Positions 1 through 8,545 are shown, counted from the first letter of the stretch. The stretch: DNA of 32,000 nucleotides from Nostoc sp. PCC 7120 = FACHB-418 (GCF_000009705.1 NC_003272.1:1410001-1442000); one strand, 5' to 3'. Notes: generated by a model not told the origin, from the sequence alone. A program made the numbers and translations.

Positions 1-2
1 GA

Positions 3-155
3 CCACAAAGGTTTAGTGGTATAGAGGTATTGGGAAAAAACTTAGATGAGTCGGCAATGAGACAGACTTTGGCAGATTGCTATTTAACAGATGTAGCGAT
101 CGCACAATACCAAGAACAGGTAACACAAATTTTACTAGAGGAGGGTAGCGAGTGA
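3..155 (+). CDS. 3' end of an ORF truncated by the window edge; product unknown
   Basis: Frame 3 is open from the window edge (PQRFSGIEVLGKNLDES...LLEEGSE*) to TGA 153-155. The stop overlaps the GTG start of the next gene in a GTGA junction (152-155), the geometry of translational coupling. No family recognised. Confidence 0.35.
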   Translation, partial: PQRFSGIEVLGKNLDESAMRQTLADCYLTDVAIAQYQEQVTQILLEEGSE

Positions 156-964
156 AAATAGCAGTTATGTCCTGCATTCATAGTAACTATGAGGCGTTAG
201 ATGCAGTTTTGTTAGATATTGACCAACAAAAAGCCGACCAAATCTATTGTCTGGGTGACTTAGTAGGATACGGGCCATATCCCAATGCTGTAGTTACCCA
301 AATTCGCTCATTAGATATTCCCACCTGTGTCGGCTGTTGGGATGAAGATATTGTGGAAGGTTTAAACTCTTGTGACTGTAGTTACCCTTCACTGTTAGCG
401 GAAAAACGCGGTAAACTTGCTCACGAATGGACACATAAAGAACTCCATCAAGAAAACCAAGAATTTCTTGCCCAATTACCCCACACCTTACGTCAAGACA
501 ACTTGGTTTTTGTTCATGGTAGTCCCCAGAGTAACCACGAGTATCTGTTACCAGAACTTGACGCTTTTGCCGCCTTAGAAAGAGTATTTTCCACAGACGC
601 AGATGTACTATTTTGTGGACATACTCATGTACCTTATGTCCGTACCCTAGATGCAGGTAGTTTACAAGTCTCCGTCAAAGGTATGGGAATAGAACAGAAA
701 GAAATTAACTTTTCTGCTTCAGTAAAACGAATCGTCAATGTAGGTTCAGTGGGAGAACCCAGACACGGGCGACCAAATGCCACCTACGCTATTTATGATA
801 CAGATACTCAAGAAGTAAATCTCAGAGAAGTACCTTACAACTATCAAAAAACCTGCGCCGCCATCATCGAACAAGGTTTACCCCCCATCTTTGCTTGGCG
901 TTTAGCCCAAGGCTTGGAATATGCAGAAAGGGCTGATGACCCCACTCATGTTTGTACTCGATGA
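152..964 (+). CDS. Metallophosphoesterase-fold protein (YfcE/MJ0936-like) with non-canonical metal-ligand positions
   Basis: 270-aa ORF with a GTG start a few nt after GGAGGG. Calcineurin-like phosphoesterase blocks appear in order: SCIHSN (block I, normally SDIHGN), CLGDLVGYGP (GD block), VGCWDED (normally GN(H/Y)DE), VHGSP, CGHTH, VGSVGEPR. Confidence 0.8.
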   Translation: MKIAVMSCIHSNYEALDAVLLDIDQQKADQIYCLGDLVGYGPYPNAVVTQIRSLDIPTCVGCWDEDIVEGLNSCDCSYPSLLAEKRGKLAHEWTHKELHQENQEFLAQLPHTLRQDNLVFVHGSPQSNHEYLLPELDAFAALERVFSTDADVLFCGHTHVPYVRTLDAGSLQVSVKGMGIEQKEINFSASVKRIVNVGSVGEPRHGRPNATYAIYDTDTQEVNLREVPYNYQKTCAAIIEQGLPPIFAWRLAQGLEYAERADDPTHVCTR

Positions 965-1068
965 AGGATATAGGGGATTAGGGATTGGTCAATAGTCTAT
1001 GGTTCTCTTGTCTCCTTACATCCCTAAAGCTTTTTGCAAAAAATAAATTATAAAATCGCAGAATTATT

Positions 1069-1821
1069 ATGAATAAATGGGCAATTTTAAGCGGTATTGA
1101 GGGCAATTTGGCAGCTTATGAGGCTGTAATGGCAGATATTAAGCGCCAAAGTAAACAGATAGAAGCTTTATATATTTTGGGTGATTTGGTGGGGCCAAGA
1201 CCAGAAGTGGAAAAAGTTGTAGAACGAGTCCGCAACCCACTAAACGGTGAGTTAGAACCTCTGGTTTGTAAAGGTTGGTGGGAAGAACAGTGCTTCATTT
1301 TGCATGGTCTTGGCCCCACTGGCGAGGCTGATGATTTACTAGTGCAGTATGGCGGAGAAACAGTTAAGTTACTTTGGGATTCTGTTTCTCGTCAAACGGT
1401 GCAATGGTTAAGAACTCTAGATTTTGGTTTTTTTGAACTAGATTGTTTATTAATTCACGGTACAACTGTATCAATTGATGAAGCATTAACTCCCGATACT
1501 TCACCAATTCAAATGCTTGACCGCCTGACAAGAATGCAGGCAAATAATTTATTTTGCGGTCGTTCTGGTTTAGCTTTTCAATATCACCTTCAAGCTGGTT
1601 CAGTAACTACAGGTATCACAACTCTTGATAGTCCAAAATCCCCGGAAACTATGACCATTTCTCCGCGCCAGATAATTGGAGTGGGTAATGTAGGTAGAAC
1701 ACCAGGTGTAGCAACATACACTCTCTATACTCCCGCTACAAACCATGTAGAATTTAAAACTATCCGTTATGGTATTGGTCAAGGATTTCAGCGTAATTCT
1801 GTTAAAGCTATCTCATCTTAA
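1069..1821 (+). CDS. Degenerate metallophosphoesterase paralog (probable pseudo-enzyme)
   Basis: 250-aa ORF 104 nt downstream of the previous gene. Same block order but ligand positions replaced: SGIEGN, ILGDLVGPRP, CKGWWEEQ, IHGTT, CGRSG (in place of GHTH), VGNVGRTP. Confidence 0.7.
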   Translation: MNKWAILSGIEGNLAAYEAVMADIKRQSKQIEALYILGDLVGPRPEVEKVVERVRNPLNGELEPLVCKGWWEEQCFILHGLGPTGEADDLLVQYGGETVKLLWDSVSRQTVQWLRTLDFGFFELDCLLIHGTTVSIDEALTPDTSPIQMLDRLTRMQANNLFCGRSGLAFQYHLQAGSVTTGITTLDSPKSPETMTISPRQIIGVGNVGRTPGVATYTLYTPATNHVEFKTIRYGIGQGFQRNSVKAISS

Positions 1822-1882
1822 AGTGAGTTATGCCAAATTAATATGAAGCTGCATAGAATAATTGAATGCAGATGCACGCAGC

Positions 1883-1924
1883 GAAAAGTTCTGTAGGAGG
1901 GTTTCCCTCCGTAGGAAACTTTTC
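1883..1924. repeat. Dispersed hairpin module (GAAAAGTT-CTGTAGGAGGG-TTT-CCCTCCGTAGG-AAACTTTTC)
   Basis: Imperfect inverted repeat just downstream of the second phosphoesterase gene. CTACG/CGTAG-type hairpin modules recur at 2571-2725, 14838-14925, 22990-23060, 26770-26825 and 29445-29525. It may also act as a terminator. Confidence 0.5.
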
Positions 1925-2135
1925 AAGACAGAGAAACGCGGATAAATCAACGGATTTTATTTTCTGGTGTTCCCTAAAATAACTATAAGCACGTCGGATG
2001 ATTTTGCATCTATCCTGCGTAGTAAATATATAAGTTTGATTTCTGTCTCCAGATTTATGAATAATTAGCGGACAGTGCTTATAGTTAAGTTCTTAGGTGA
2101 GGCTAAACCTAGTCACGCAAGTGAGGCTAAAAATC

Positions 2136-2210
2136 ATGTTACTTAAATATTTGTATTTGCATTGTTTCTCAATCAATGATTGGTTCAATTGCAATTACCA
2201 TTCTGAATAA
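2136..2210 (+). CDS. Candidate 24-aa micro-ORF (MLLKYLYLHCFSINDWFNCNYHSE)
   Basis: The ATG lies 9 nt after AAGTGAGG (2119-2126). This is the same extended SD context (AAGTGAGG-N8/9-ATG) seen at the precursor genes at 8141 and 8674. No GG leader and no family recognised. Confidence 0.2.
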   Translation: MLLKYLYLHCFSINDWFNCNYHSE

Positions 2211-2570
2211 ATCTTCATGTTAGAGGTTTGCTTTTTAAGATTCCCTAGTTAGCACCGTAAATTTGGGGATTTTAAGCTAACAGGCTTTTAAATTACCTAT
2301 TTTTTGTGGTCAGAGTAAATGTCTGGGATTTACTATAAATTTCGACTGTTAACTCTAGATTAACCATAAGATAGTAGGCAACTGATATCTGTTTGCTTGT
2401 ATGTGGAGTATATGCACTGTAAAGTGGGCATCTTGTCCGCCTAGTATCTCCCAGTGAAACTTGCAACAGCTTCTTAAATCAATCTATAGTCTTGTGTGTG
2501 AGTTAACCTAATTCTGGAAAATACTCTAGAAAACGGAACTGAAACAACGTGAGTTCGACGGTTGGAACAA

Positions 2571-2725
2571 CCCCTCTCCATAGCTTGCTACTCTACGAGT
2601 TCTCCGTAGGAGTACCCGTAGGGTACCTCCCCTGCAAGGAGAAAGGCTTTAAAACCTTTATTTTTTTCGATATTTCATGCTCTTTACTCCCCTCTCCGCG
2701 TCGGAGAGGGGTTGGGGGAGAGGTC
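2571..2725. repeat. Cluster of short dispersed hairpin modules
   Basis: Contains CTCTACGAG...CGTAGG, GTACCCGTAGGGTAC and CCTCTCCGCGTCGGAGAGGGGTTGGGGGAGAGG. These are related to internal modules of the MITE at 9781 and 25635 (CCTCTCTCCGCTTCGGGGAGAGG, GGTTGGGGG). Confidence 0.5.
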
Positions 2726-3294
2726 AAAAAAGACTTGTTGAACTCCTAAGAAAACAGCAAGTTTTCTTTCGCCCTTCCAGTGGGTGCGTCTTCGTTGGAG
2801 ACTCACGTTGAAACAGAATTTTTTGATCAGACTATATAACAGATGACCACTTCCCTCTCTGGTTTTGCTACAGCTTCCTTTGTTGAATAAGGATATAGCT
2901 TTGTTCATGCTGCAAGTTGTTCTTGCTTGCAATGCAAACAAAATTTCCCATGTGTATATTGTGGAAAAAGGGGTAGAGGAGGTGATAATAACTCGCTCAA
3001 CGTAAGTGAGGTTTTTGAGGGAGTTTGAGCGTTCTCCTCTATATTTCTCCACACGTTATCCGCGTTAGAGATTCCAGAAAAGTAAGCACATCTCAAAGCA
3101 CATTCTTTTCTTATTCCCCATATCTTATTATAGCCAATTTGGAACATAAATTGGAGAGAAGAGAAAAATGTTTGTATCAATCTGCAAACTAAAATTAACT
3201 CATCAACCCATGAATAACAGCGTCTATAAGAATAACCAAACACATCATTTAACAGCCTAATTTCTATCATATTCATATACCAAGGTGCAGTATC

Positions 3295-5427
3295 GTGAAC
3301 ACCTTACGCCGCCAAGAGAATGATTTTTGGCATCGATCGCATCAGCCAATTCCCGAAGAACTTCCTACCTTGGAAGCTAACGAATTTTTACCCCATATTG
3401 GGAAATGGACAAGTATCGGTGGGGTAGTTGTCTTCAGTATCTTTATTGTGGGGGTGGTGCTAACATCTGTTCTCAAGTACAACGTGACGGTGAAAGTGCC
3501 GGCGACTATTCGCCCTGTGGGAGAATTAAGGCTGGTACAGTCGCTAATTAATGGCAAAATTCTCAAGATTAGTGTTGCAGAAAATCAGATGGTAGCCGAA
3601 GGACAAGCGATCGCCTACATTGATGATTCCCGCCTCCAGACTCAAAAGAGCCAGTTACAAAACCTCATCCAGCAAAGTCAACTACAACTCAATAAAATCG
3701 ATGCACAGTTGGGAGAAATCGACGCTCAAATTACAGCACAGACAAATTTAAACGATCGCACCACAATCGCTGCACAAGCTGAACTGAGTGGTACACAACG
3801 CAACTATGCCGATCAGCAAGTGAAAGCTACGGCGGATATGACACAAGCACAATCAGCCTTAACTTTAGCCAGGATCCAAAAAGACCGCCTGCAACGGGAA
3901 AAGCTGTTAACGGCGACTGTGCGAGAAACAGAAGCCGCTTTGCAGTTAGCCAGGGTGCAAAGCGATCGCCTACAACGGGAAAAGCTGCTAAAAACTACCG
4001 TAGATGAAGCGGAAAGAGGCTTAAAATTGGCGAGAGAACAACGCGATCGTTTACGACGGGATAGGCTTCTCAGGACGACTGTGCAAGAAACACAGACGGC
4101 TTTGAACTTAGCAAAGGCGCAACAAGAAAGATTACAAAGGGAACAACTCTTAGCCAAAACTGTGCAGGAAGCAGAAACCGCTTTAAATTTAGCCAGGGTA
4201 CAACGCGATCGCCTACAACAAGATAGAGTTTTAACTGCAACTGTCCAAGAAGCAGAAGCCGCCTTGAGTTTAGCTAGAGTACAGCGAGAAAGATTACAGC
4301 CGATAGTAGCATCAGGAGCGATCGCCCGTAGTTTCTTCGAGGAAAAAGACCAAGCCGTAATATCGGCGGAGGCGAGGCTGGAACAAGCCAAAGCTAACGC
4401 TAAAAATCTGCTGGAAGAGAAAGAACAAGCGGTGATTGCGGCGGAGGCGAAGTTGGAACAAGCCAAAGCCAACGCCAAAAATCTTTTGGAGGAGAAAGAA
4501 CAGGCTGTCAAATCAGCAGAAGCGAAGCTAGAACAAGCCAAAGCCAACGCTAAAAATCTCTTAGAAGAAAAAGACCAAGGGGTGATTGCGGCGGAGGCGA
4601 AACTGGAACAAGCCAAAGCCAACGCCAAAAATCTCTTAGAAGAGAAAGAACAAGAGGTGATTGCGGCGGAGGCGAAACTGGAACAAGCCAAAGCTAACGC
4701 CAAAAATCTCCAAGAAGAAAAAGACCAAGCTTTAACAGTGGCGCAAACAAATCTCGCCAAGGCCAGAACAGCGATAAATCCCAATGATGCTAACGTGACT
4801 GTAGCATCGGAACGAATTAAACAAGAACAAGCCAGGGGTGAAGTTACCTTAGCCGCCTTGAAAAAAGAAAGAGAAACTTTGCTACAACAACGCCTAGAAT
4901 TTCAAAAACAACTGGATAGAAACCGCAAAGAACTACAACAAGCCGAAAATGACTTAAAACAGAGTATAGTCCGCGCACCCATCGCCGGGACAGTGCTGCA
5001 ATTGAATTTGCGTAACCCTGGACAGGTAGTACAACCAAGTGAGGCGATCGCTCAAATTGCGCCGTTAAATGCACCAATACAGATCAAAGCTAACGTCCAG
5101 GCGCAAGATATCAACAAAGTCAAACCCGGTCAACAAGTCCAAATGCAGGTTTCTGCTTGTCCCTATCCAGACTACGGCACTCTCAAAGGAACAGTCAAAA
5201 CAATCGCCCCAGATGCCCTACCCGTAGCCAACAATAACCCACAGACCACCACAGCTAAAGCCACAGCCTATGAAGTCATTGTAGAACCACAAACCCCATA
5301 CGTTGGTAGAGGCGATCGGCAATGTCAACTTAAAACCGGGATGCAGGGTAAAGCAGATATTATTTCCCGTCGAGAAACAGTATTACGCTTCATCCTCCGC
5401 AAAGCCAGATTAATTGCAGATTTGTAA
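3295..5427 (+). CDS. HlyD-family membrane-fusion (periplasmic adaptor) protein with a greatly expanded coiled-coil
   Basis: 710-aa ORF with a GTG start. It has an N-terminal TM helix (WTSIGGVVVFSIFIVGVVLTSVL), lipoyl-like halves (KILKISVAENQMVAEGQAIAYID ... RAPIAGTVLQLNLRNPGQVVQPSEAIAQIAP) and a C-terminal beta-barrel-like region. About 300 aa of Q/R/E/A/K/L-rich repeats lie in between. It sits directly upstream of an ABC exporter. Confidence 0.85.
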   Translation: MNTLRRQENDFWHRSHQPIPEELPTLEANEFLPHIGKWTSIGGVVVFSIFIVGVVLTSVLKYNVTVKVPATIRPVGELRLVQSLINGKILKISVAENQMVAEGQAIAYIDDSRLQTQKSQLQNLIQQSQLQLNKIDAQLGEIDAQITAQTNLNDRTTIAAQAELSGTQRNYADQQVKATADMTQAQSALTLARIQKDRLQREKLLTATVRETEAALQLARVQSDRLQREKLLKTTVDEAERGLKLAREQRDRLRRDRLLRTTVQETQTALNLAKAQQERLQREQLLAKTVQEAETALNLARVQRDRLQQDRVLTATVQEAEAALSLARVQRERLQPIVASGAIARSFFEEKDQAVISAEARLEQAKANAKNLLEEKEQAVIAAEAKLEQAKANAKNLLEEKEQAVKSAEAKLEQAKANAKNLLEEKDQGVIAAEAKLEQAKANAKNLLEEKEQEVIAAEAKLEQAKANAKNLQEEKDQALTVAQTNLAKARTAINPNDANVTVASERIKQEQARGEVTLAALKKERETLLQQRLEFQKQLDRNRKELQQAENDLKQSIVRAPIAGTVLQLNLRNPGQVVQPSEAIAQIAPLNAPIQIKANVQAQDINKVKPGQQVQMQVSACPYPDYGTLKGTVKTIAPDALPVANNNPQTTTAKATAYEVIVEPQTPYVGRGDRQCQLKTGMQGKADIISRRETVLRFILRKARLIADL
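3859..4302 (+). repeat. In-frame tandem array A within hlyD: 5.5 units of 81 nt (27 aa)
   Basis: Units: LTLARIQKDRLQREKLLTATVRETEAA / LQLARVQSDRLQREKLLKTTVDEAERG / LKLAREQRDRLRRDRLLRTTVQETQTA / LNLAKAQQERLQREQLLAKTVQEAETA / LNLARVQRDRLQQDRVLTATVQEAEAA / LSLARVQRERLQP. Confidence 0.9.
4339..4776 (+). repeat. In-frame tandem array B within hlyD: 5 near-identical units of 75 nt (25 aa) plus one degenerate unit
   Basis: EEK(E/D)QAVIAAEAKLEQAKANAKNLL occurs five times, followed by EEKDQALTVAQTNLAKARTAI. Differences between units are mostly synonymous. Confidence 0.9.
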
Positions 5428-5442
5428 TTAGTTATTGGTCAA

Positions 5443-5545
5443 TAGTCATTAGTCCATAGTCCATAGTCAATTTTCTTCCCCCTACACCCCTGCACCTAAA
5501 AAACTCCGCGTACCTCCGCGCTAGCCTCCGTATTCCTCTGCGTTT
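5443..5545. repeat. STRR heptamers (TAGTCAT/TAGTCCA x4) followed by about 10-nt tandem units (CTCCGCGTAC, CTCCGCGCTAG, CCTCCGTATT, CCTCTGCGTTT)
   Basis: Read directly in the 143-nt hlyD-ABC spacer. Confidence 0.7.
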
Positions 5546-5570
5546 AAAAAAGCCAAAATTACAAATTAAT

Positions 5571-7739
5571 ATGCTTAATTTCTTCAAACTCCGAAAAAAT
5601 TACCCCTGTGTTTTACAGTTGAGTGAAGAAGATTGTGGAGCCGCTTGTATAGTTTCCATTTGTCGGCAACACGGACGCTTTTTAAGTATGAATAAAAGCC
5701 GTGAAGCAGTAGGGACTGGACAACTGGGTACAACCTTATTAGGTCTAAAACGTGGCTCAGAAAATCTCGGTTTTAATGCCAGAGCCGTGAAAGCATCCCC
5801 CGCCATCTTAGACAGAATTAAAGAAATTCAACTACCAGCAATTATTCATTGGCGGGGCTATCACTGGGTAGTTTTATATGGCAAAAAGGGAAGCAAATAT
5901 GTCATAGCTGATCCAGCCGTAGGCATTCGTTATATTCACCGGGAAGAGTTAACAGCCGCCTGGAATGGGGTCATGCTATTAATGGAGCCAGATCACCAGC
6001 GTTTTTCTCAACAGCCCCACGACAAACCACAGCCAGGATTTACCCGCTTTCTTCAGCGCATCTTGCCCTATCATGGGCTATTGTCCCAGGTTTTTATGAT
6101 CAACATTGTCCTGGGTATATTGGCTTTAGGCTCACCAGTCCTGATTCAAATCCTCACCGATGATGTCTTAGTTCGTGGCGATACTCAACTACTAACTGTG
6201 ATAGCGATCGCTGTCATCATCATGAATTTATTTAGTAGTGGTATGCAGGTATTAGAATCTACGATGATTGCCCATTTTAGCCAACGCCTGCAATTAGGTT
6301 TAGTCTTGGAATTTGGGCGGAGAATTCTGCAATTACCATTGACTTATTACGAAGCTCGTCGCAGTGGAGAGATTACCAGCCGACTTAGAGATATTAATGA
6401 AATTAACCAATTAGTCTCGCAAGTGGTAGTGCTTTTACCTAGCCAATTTTTCATAGCTGTAATTTCTTTTGGCTTAATGCTTTTTTATAGTTGGCAGTTA
6501 GCATTAGCGGTAATCCTCATCGGTGCATTGATGAGTTTAGCTACATTGCCGCTTTTACCAGTCCTGCAACAAAAAACTCGTAGTCTTTTAGTTTTAGGTT
6601 CAGAAAATCAAGGCGTGTTAGTAGAAACTTTTAAAGGCGCACAAGTACTTAAAACTACAAATGCTGCACCGCAATTTTGGGATGAATTACAAAATCGTTT
6701 TGGTCGTCTGGCAAATTTAACATTTAGTACTATTCAAATTGGCATTATCAACAATACTATTGCGAAATTTCTCTCTGCTATCGGCGGTGTAGTTTTATTA
6801 GGGCTAGGGAGTATTTTAGTTATCCAAGGAAAGTTAAGTATTGGTCAAATGTTAGCAATTAATGTACTACAAGTTAATGTATTGACATTAATTAGCTCAC
6901 TAGTAGGTTTAGTAGATGAATATTTTCGTTCCCAAACTGCTATCTCTCGGCTTTTGGAAGTGATTGATGCTACTCCCGAAGTAGATAATACTTCTCAAAA
7001 ACCATTCGCCCAAATCTCTAGTGATGCAGACATTCGTTTTTCACATATCAACTTTCACCATCCTGGTAGAGTTGACCTCTTGGAAGATTTTTCTCTCAAG
7101 CTACCAGGAGGACAAATTATAGCTTTAATTGGCAAGTCAGGCTGTGGTAAAAGTTCCTTAGCCAAACTCATGGCAGGATTATATCAGCCCAATTCTGGTA
7201 ATATCCGCATCGGCTTTTATAATATTCAAGATATTGCCCTTGATTGTTTACGGCAACAAGTAGTTTATGTACCTCAAGAACCTCATTTCTGGAGTCGTTC
7301 AATTTTAGAAAACTTTCGTTTAGGAAGTCCCCATATTTCCTTTGAAGAAGTCGTCACAGCTTGCCAAATTGCCGATGCTGATAGTTTTATTAGCCAACTA
7401 CCAAATAAGTATCAAACAGTGCTAGGAGAATTTGGAGCAAATCTTTCTGGAGGACAAAAACAAAGACTAGCGATCGCCAGAGGTATTCTCAATAATCCCC
7501 CAGTCCTAATTTTAGATGAAGCAACAGCCGGACTAGACCCAGTTAGTGAAACTCAAGTCCTTGATCGGTTGTTAGAATCACGTCAAGGTAAAACTACAAT
7601 TCTCATTACCCATCGTCCCAGCGTAGTCCACCGCGCTGATTGGATTGTATTACTTGATCAAGGCAAAATACAACTCCAAGGTAATTTAGAAGATTTCCTG
7701 TCTCAACAAGGAGAGCATCTAAAGTTTTTATCTCTATAA
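5571..7739 (+). CDS. Peptidase-C39-domain ABC transporter (double-glycine leader cleaving bacteriocin/peptide exporter)
   Basis: 722-aa ORF. N-terminal C39 motifs: LSEEDCGAACI (catalytic Cys), GYHWVVLYG (His), VIADPA. A multi-helix TM domain follows. NBD motifs: Walker A GKSGCGKSS, signature LSGGQKQRLAIARG, Walker B VLILDEAT, H-loop ILITHR. Confidence 0.9.
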   Translation: MLNFFKLRKNYPCVLQLSEEDCGAACIVSICRQHGRFLSMNKSREAVGTGQLGTTLLGLKRGSENLGFNARAVKASPAILDRIKEIQLPAIIHWRGYHWVVLYGKKGSKYVIADPAVGIRYIHREELTAAWNGVMLLMEPDHQRFSQQPHDKPQPGFTRFLQRILPYHGLLSQVFMINIVLGILALGSPVLIQILTDDVLVRGDTQLLTVIAIAVIIMNLFSSGMQVLESTMIAHFSQRLQLGLVLEFGRRILQLPLTYYEARRSGEITSRLRDINEINQLVSQVVVLLPSQFFIAVISFGLMLFYSWQLALAVILIGALMSLATLPLLPVLQQKTRSLLVLGSENQGVLVETFKGAQVLKTTNAAPQFWDELQNRFGRLANLTFSTIQIGIINNTIAKFLSAIGGVVLLGLGSILVIQGKLSIGQMLAINVLQVNVLTLISSLVGLVDEYFRSQTAISRLLEVIDATPEVDNTSQKPFAQISSDADIRFSHINFHHPGRVDLLEDFSLKLPGGQIIALIGKSGCGKSSLAKLMAGLYQPNSGNIRIGFYNIQDIALDCLRQQVVYVPQEPHFWSRSILENFRLGSPHISFEEVVTACQIADADSFISQLPNKYQTVLGEFGANLSGGQKQRLAIARGILNNPPVLILDEATAGLDPVSETQVLDRLLESRQGKTTILITHRPSVVHRADWIVLLDQGKIQLQGNLEDFLSQQGEHLKFLSL

Positions 7740-8008
7740 ATATTATTTTTAGTTATAGAAAATATAGTAGGTTGTAATTTACCAATAAAGATACGGCAAA
7801 GTTGAAATTTTATTTATAAAGTAGTGATTAAATTACTTTATTAAGCACCCATTATAGCTTATGGGGTACATATTTTGGCACTTAAAGAGTTGTATTAATA
7901 GCTAAAAGCTCATAAGCAAAATAAACTGATTACAGGGATGTGGCTAATCACATTCCTGTATTTTTGCACCCTTGATTTATATGGAAGTTATATTTTATGA
8001 TCAAAATA

Positions 8009-8131
8009 TCATGAGTCAAAAGTAGTAAAATTTATTTTTATAAATACTACTACAGAATAATTTAAATAAACAAGTGATATTGAATAATAAAAACATAGGT
8101 AATAACAAACCTATGTTGTACGTAAGTGAGG
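8009..8131 (+). promoter_or_regulatory. Conserved upstream cassette of precursor gene 1
   Basis: Blocks TCATGAGTCAAAAG (8009-8022), AGAATAATTTAAA (8054-8066) and ATATTGAA (8077-8084). Hairpin CATAGGT-N8-ACCTATG (8094-8115). AAGTGAGG SD (8124-8131). The same blocks recur at identical spacing upstream of gene 2. Confidence 0.55.
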
Positions 8132-8140
8132 TAAAAGTTC

Positions 8141-8329
8141 ATGTCAAACCAAATGCTAGCTTCTAATTTACTTGAAGATTTATCCTTAGATCAACAGCAA
8201 TCTTTGGCTGGTGGTCAAACCTTTGATGATGGAGATGATGAAGGCGGAAATACACGACTTGGCACTGGTGAAACTCGTCGCTATAGAATTAGAAGTGTCA
8301 GCATCGTTAGTGTCCGCAAATTGTCATAG
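8141..8329 (+). CDS. Double-glycine-leader precursor peptide 1 (25-aa leader + 37-aa core)
   Basis: MSNQMLASNLLEDLSLDQQQSLAGG | QTFDDGDDEGGNTRLGTGETRRYRIRSVSIVSVRKLS. Strong SD 9 nt upstream. The leader is shared with two neighbouring ORFs. The gene lies downstream of a C39-ABC exporter and has its own terminator. Confidence 0.8.
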   Translation: MSNQMLASNLLEDLSLDQQQSLAGGQTFDDGDDEGGNTRLGTGETRRYRIRSVSIVSVRKLS

Positions 8330-8424
8330 TTAGTGGTGAATGGAGTGAACTGAAATAAACCGCTCAAAGCCTAATTGTATTTGAGCATTTCTACACCATC
8401 TCCTATTTTCTGCTAAATATAATT

Positions 8425-8457
8425 AAGCTAGGTACTAATAATACCTAGCTTTTTTTG
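8425..8457 (+). terminator. Rho-independent terminator of precursor gene 1
   Basis: Perfect 10-bp stem AAGCTAGGTA / TACCTAGCTT, 7-nt loop, then a T-run. Confidence 0.75.
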
Positions 8458-8545
8458 GCGAGAAAATCACATATTTTTGTTCTTGATTAAAGTATAATAT
8501 TTTAGATTTAAATCTAAAATAGTAACTTCACTTAAAAGATTATTT

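Noticed and set aside
2549-3276. Three overlapping ORFs (66 aa +, 122 aa -, 123 aa -)
   Set aside because: They are mutually overlapping, cross dispersed hairpin repeats, and have no SD or recognisable domains. They were treated as non-coding, although pseudogene remnants cannot be excluded without a search.
3813-4784. 323-aa ORF antisense to hlyD
   Set aside because: It is the mirror image of the in-frame repeat arrays. The product is a low-complexity repeat (FLALALACSSFASA...) with no start context. The sense frame has clear HlyD features on both sides.
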